Notes under the pieces: model-generated
The model's database searches: none
Told to the model about the DNA's origin: nothing
The model's input: only the letters and a program-made list of their open reading frames with translations
Part shown: positions 63,044-64,000 of the stretch, one piece after another
How positions within the stretch are numbered: position 1 is the first letter of the stretch
Layout of the letters: each line of letters starts with the position of its first letter
Source of the DNA: an uncultured delta proteobacterium
GTDB lineage: Bacteria; Myxococcota_A; Polyangia; Polyangiales; B10-G4
Assembly: GCA_963727445.1 (NCBI GenBank)
Contig: CAVSGI010000020.1
Location: forward strand, 704,001 to 768,000
Length of the DNA stretch: 64,000 nucleotides
Direction: 5' to 3'
Made by a program: the position numbers and the translations under genes

Positions 63044-63355
63044 GTGGCCGACGGGGACAAAGGCGACGAGCTTCCCTCCTTCCGCGCCGAGGCCGGGGAT
63101 CGGCTGGTGGGCGAGCAGAAGCAGATCTCCGATCGGGCACGGGAGAACGCGGACAAGAACGTCGGCGGCTCGCCGCCCTCGGATCTGGTGCAGCGGGGTG
63201 GCCAGCACTGCTCCCATGCCTCCCATGGGTCGCATGGCTCCCACGGGTCGCACGGCTCCCACGGGTCGCACGGCTCCCACGGGTCGCACGGCTCCCATGG
63301 CTCCCACGGGTCGCACGGCTCCCATGGGTCCCACGGCTCCCACGGGTCCTGGTAG
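63044..63355 (+). CDS. hxsA: His-Xaa-Ser repeat precursor peptide 1 (HxsA-like): HCS-HAS-(HGS)14-W
   Basis: 103 aa; leader aligns with precursor 2; 16 HxS triplets at 63206-63349. Confidence 0.85.
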   Translation: MADGDKGDELPSFRAEAGDRLVGEQKQISDRARENADKNVGGSPPSDLVQRGGQHCSHASHGSHGSHGSHGSHGSHGSHGSHGSHGSHGSHGSHGSHGSHGSW

Positions 63356-63384
63356 CTATCGGCCCACCGCCCCCCCACCCCTCC

Positions 63385-63413
63385 GTGACAGCCCTCACGA
63401 GCCGGGTTAGACT
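63385..63413 (+). promoter_or_regulatory. Putative sigma70 promoter of Hxs precursor 2 (leaderless)
   Basis: GTGACA(63385)-17 nt-TAGACT(63408), then 8 nt to ATG 63422. Confidence 0.6.
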
Positions 63414-63421
63414 ACCGTCTC

Positions 63422-63715
63422 ATGGCCGACGATGAGAGCAGCCAGGACGAGGGCGCAGAGGAAGAGGTCCCTTCCTTCAAGGCCGAGGCCGCGGATCGGT
63501 TGGTGGCGGAGCAGAAGGACATCTCCGAGCGAGCGCTCGAAAACGCCGATGATGGCGGCTTCGCAGGCGATGGTGGCCAGCGTGGAGCGCAGCACTGCTC
63601 CCATGGGTCCCACGGCTCGCACGGGTCTCACGGCTCGCATGGATCCCACGGCTCGCACGGGTCTCACGGCTCGCACGGGTCCCACGGCTCGCACGGGTCC
63701 CACGGCTCCTGGTAG
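63422..63715 (+). CDS. hxsA: His-Xaa-Ser repeat precursor peptide 2 (HxsA-like): HCS-(HGS)12-W
   Basis: 97 aa; acidic leader; 13 HxS triplets at 63593-63709. Confidence 0.88.
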   Translation: MADDESSQDEGAEEEVPSFKAEAADRLVAEQKDISERALENADDGGFAGDGGQRGAQHCSHGSHGSHGSHGSHGSHGSHGSHGSHGSHGSHGSHGSW

Positions 63716-63770
63716 CGTGCCCGCTTGGTCGGGTAGGCTCAGGCCCCACCCGCTACCCCCTCGGTGAACC

Positions 63771-64000
63771 TTGAAGCTTCCCGGAATTCCCGAAGAGCTC
63801 GCCGGCGCGGACCTCGAGCAAGGCTCCGTGCACGTCGTCGTCGATGACACGGTCTATCCCCTCGAAGCGATCTACGGCGCGAGCTTCGTCTTCATCGACC
63901 GCGCTTACGTCTTCGTCGATCGGCCGACCGCAGGCAAGTATCGCATCGTCCTCACGCCGAAGAAGGGCGGGGTCGACGAGGAAGGCATGAAGGCGCTCGT
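63771..64000 (+). CDS. hxsD: His-Xaa-Ser system protein HxsD-like, 3' partial (absent from the ORF track)
   Basis: Manual translation from TTG: MKLPGIPEELAGADLEQGSVHVVVDDTVYPLEAIYGASFVFIDRAYVFVDRPTAGKYRIVLTPKK..; the YPLEAIYGASFVFIDRAYVF motif resembles HxsD. Confidence 0.75.
   Translation, partial: MKLPGIPEELAGADLEQGSVHVVVDDTVYPLEAIYGASFVFIDRAYVFVDRPTAGKYRIVLTPKKGGVDEEGMKAL

Noticed and set aside
62476..63850. Repeat proteins PWEPCD, MGAVRP or TGRTAP in other frames
   Set aside because: Shadow translations of the HGS repeat; only the HGS frame has synonymous-only variation, a conserved leader and promoters

Overview
High-GC (about 70%) bacterial chromosomal segment. Gene content (many lipoproteins, DUF1592/DUF1552 pair, AgmX/PglI-type domain, membrane Ser/Thr kinases) suggests Myxococcota, probably Polyangiales-like; this taxonomy is an inference. 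Housekeeping genes include tRNA-Asn, asnS, malic enzyme, menB, sthA, a thiolase/FabG/MaoC fatty-acid cluster, a cyclophilin and a sirtuin. About a dozen genes are split by single-base frameshifts, most likely long-read assembly errors. Main highlights: (1) at the right end, a His-Xaa-Ser (Hxs) RiPP-like locus with two paralogous precursors carrying 16 and 13 HxS tripeptides ending in Trp, a conserved leader, a promoter each, HxsD downstream and a radical-SAM/methyltransferase fusion upstream; (2) a lipoprotein with a very long symmetric Ser/Thr-rich beta-hairpin centred on an aerolysin-like tip; (3) an island with a V4R-type sensor kinase, a ThDP enzyme and two citrate-synthase-like genes, where an IS630 inserted into the shared CTAG stop of two convergent genes without breaking either; (4) a double FadR-type operator over the promoter of a DUF1592/DUF1552 operon that ends in a FadR-family gene; (5) two palindromic tandem repeat arrays and a recurring leaderless-promoter signature. 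All family assignments come from motif recognition by eye, not from database searches.
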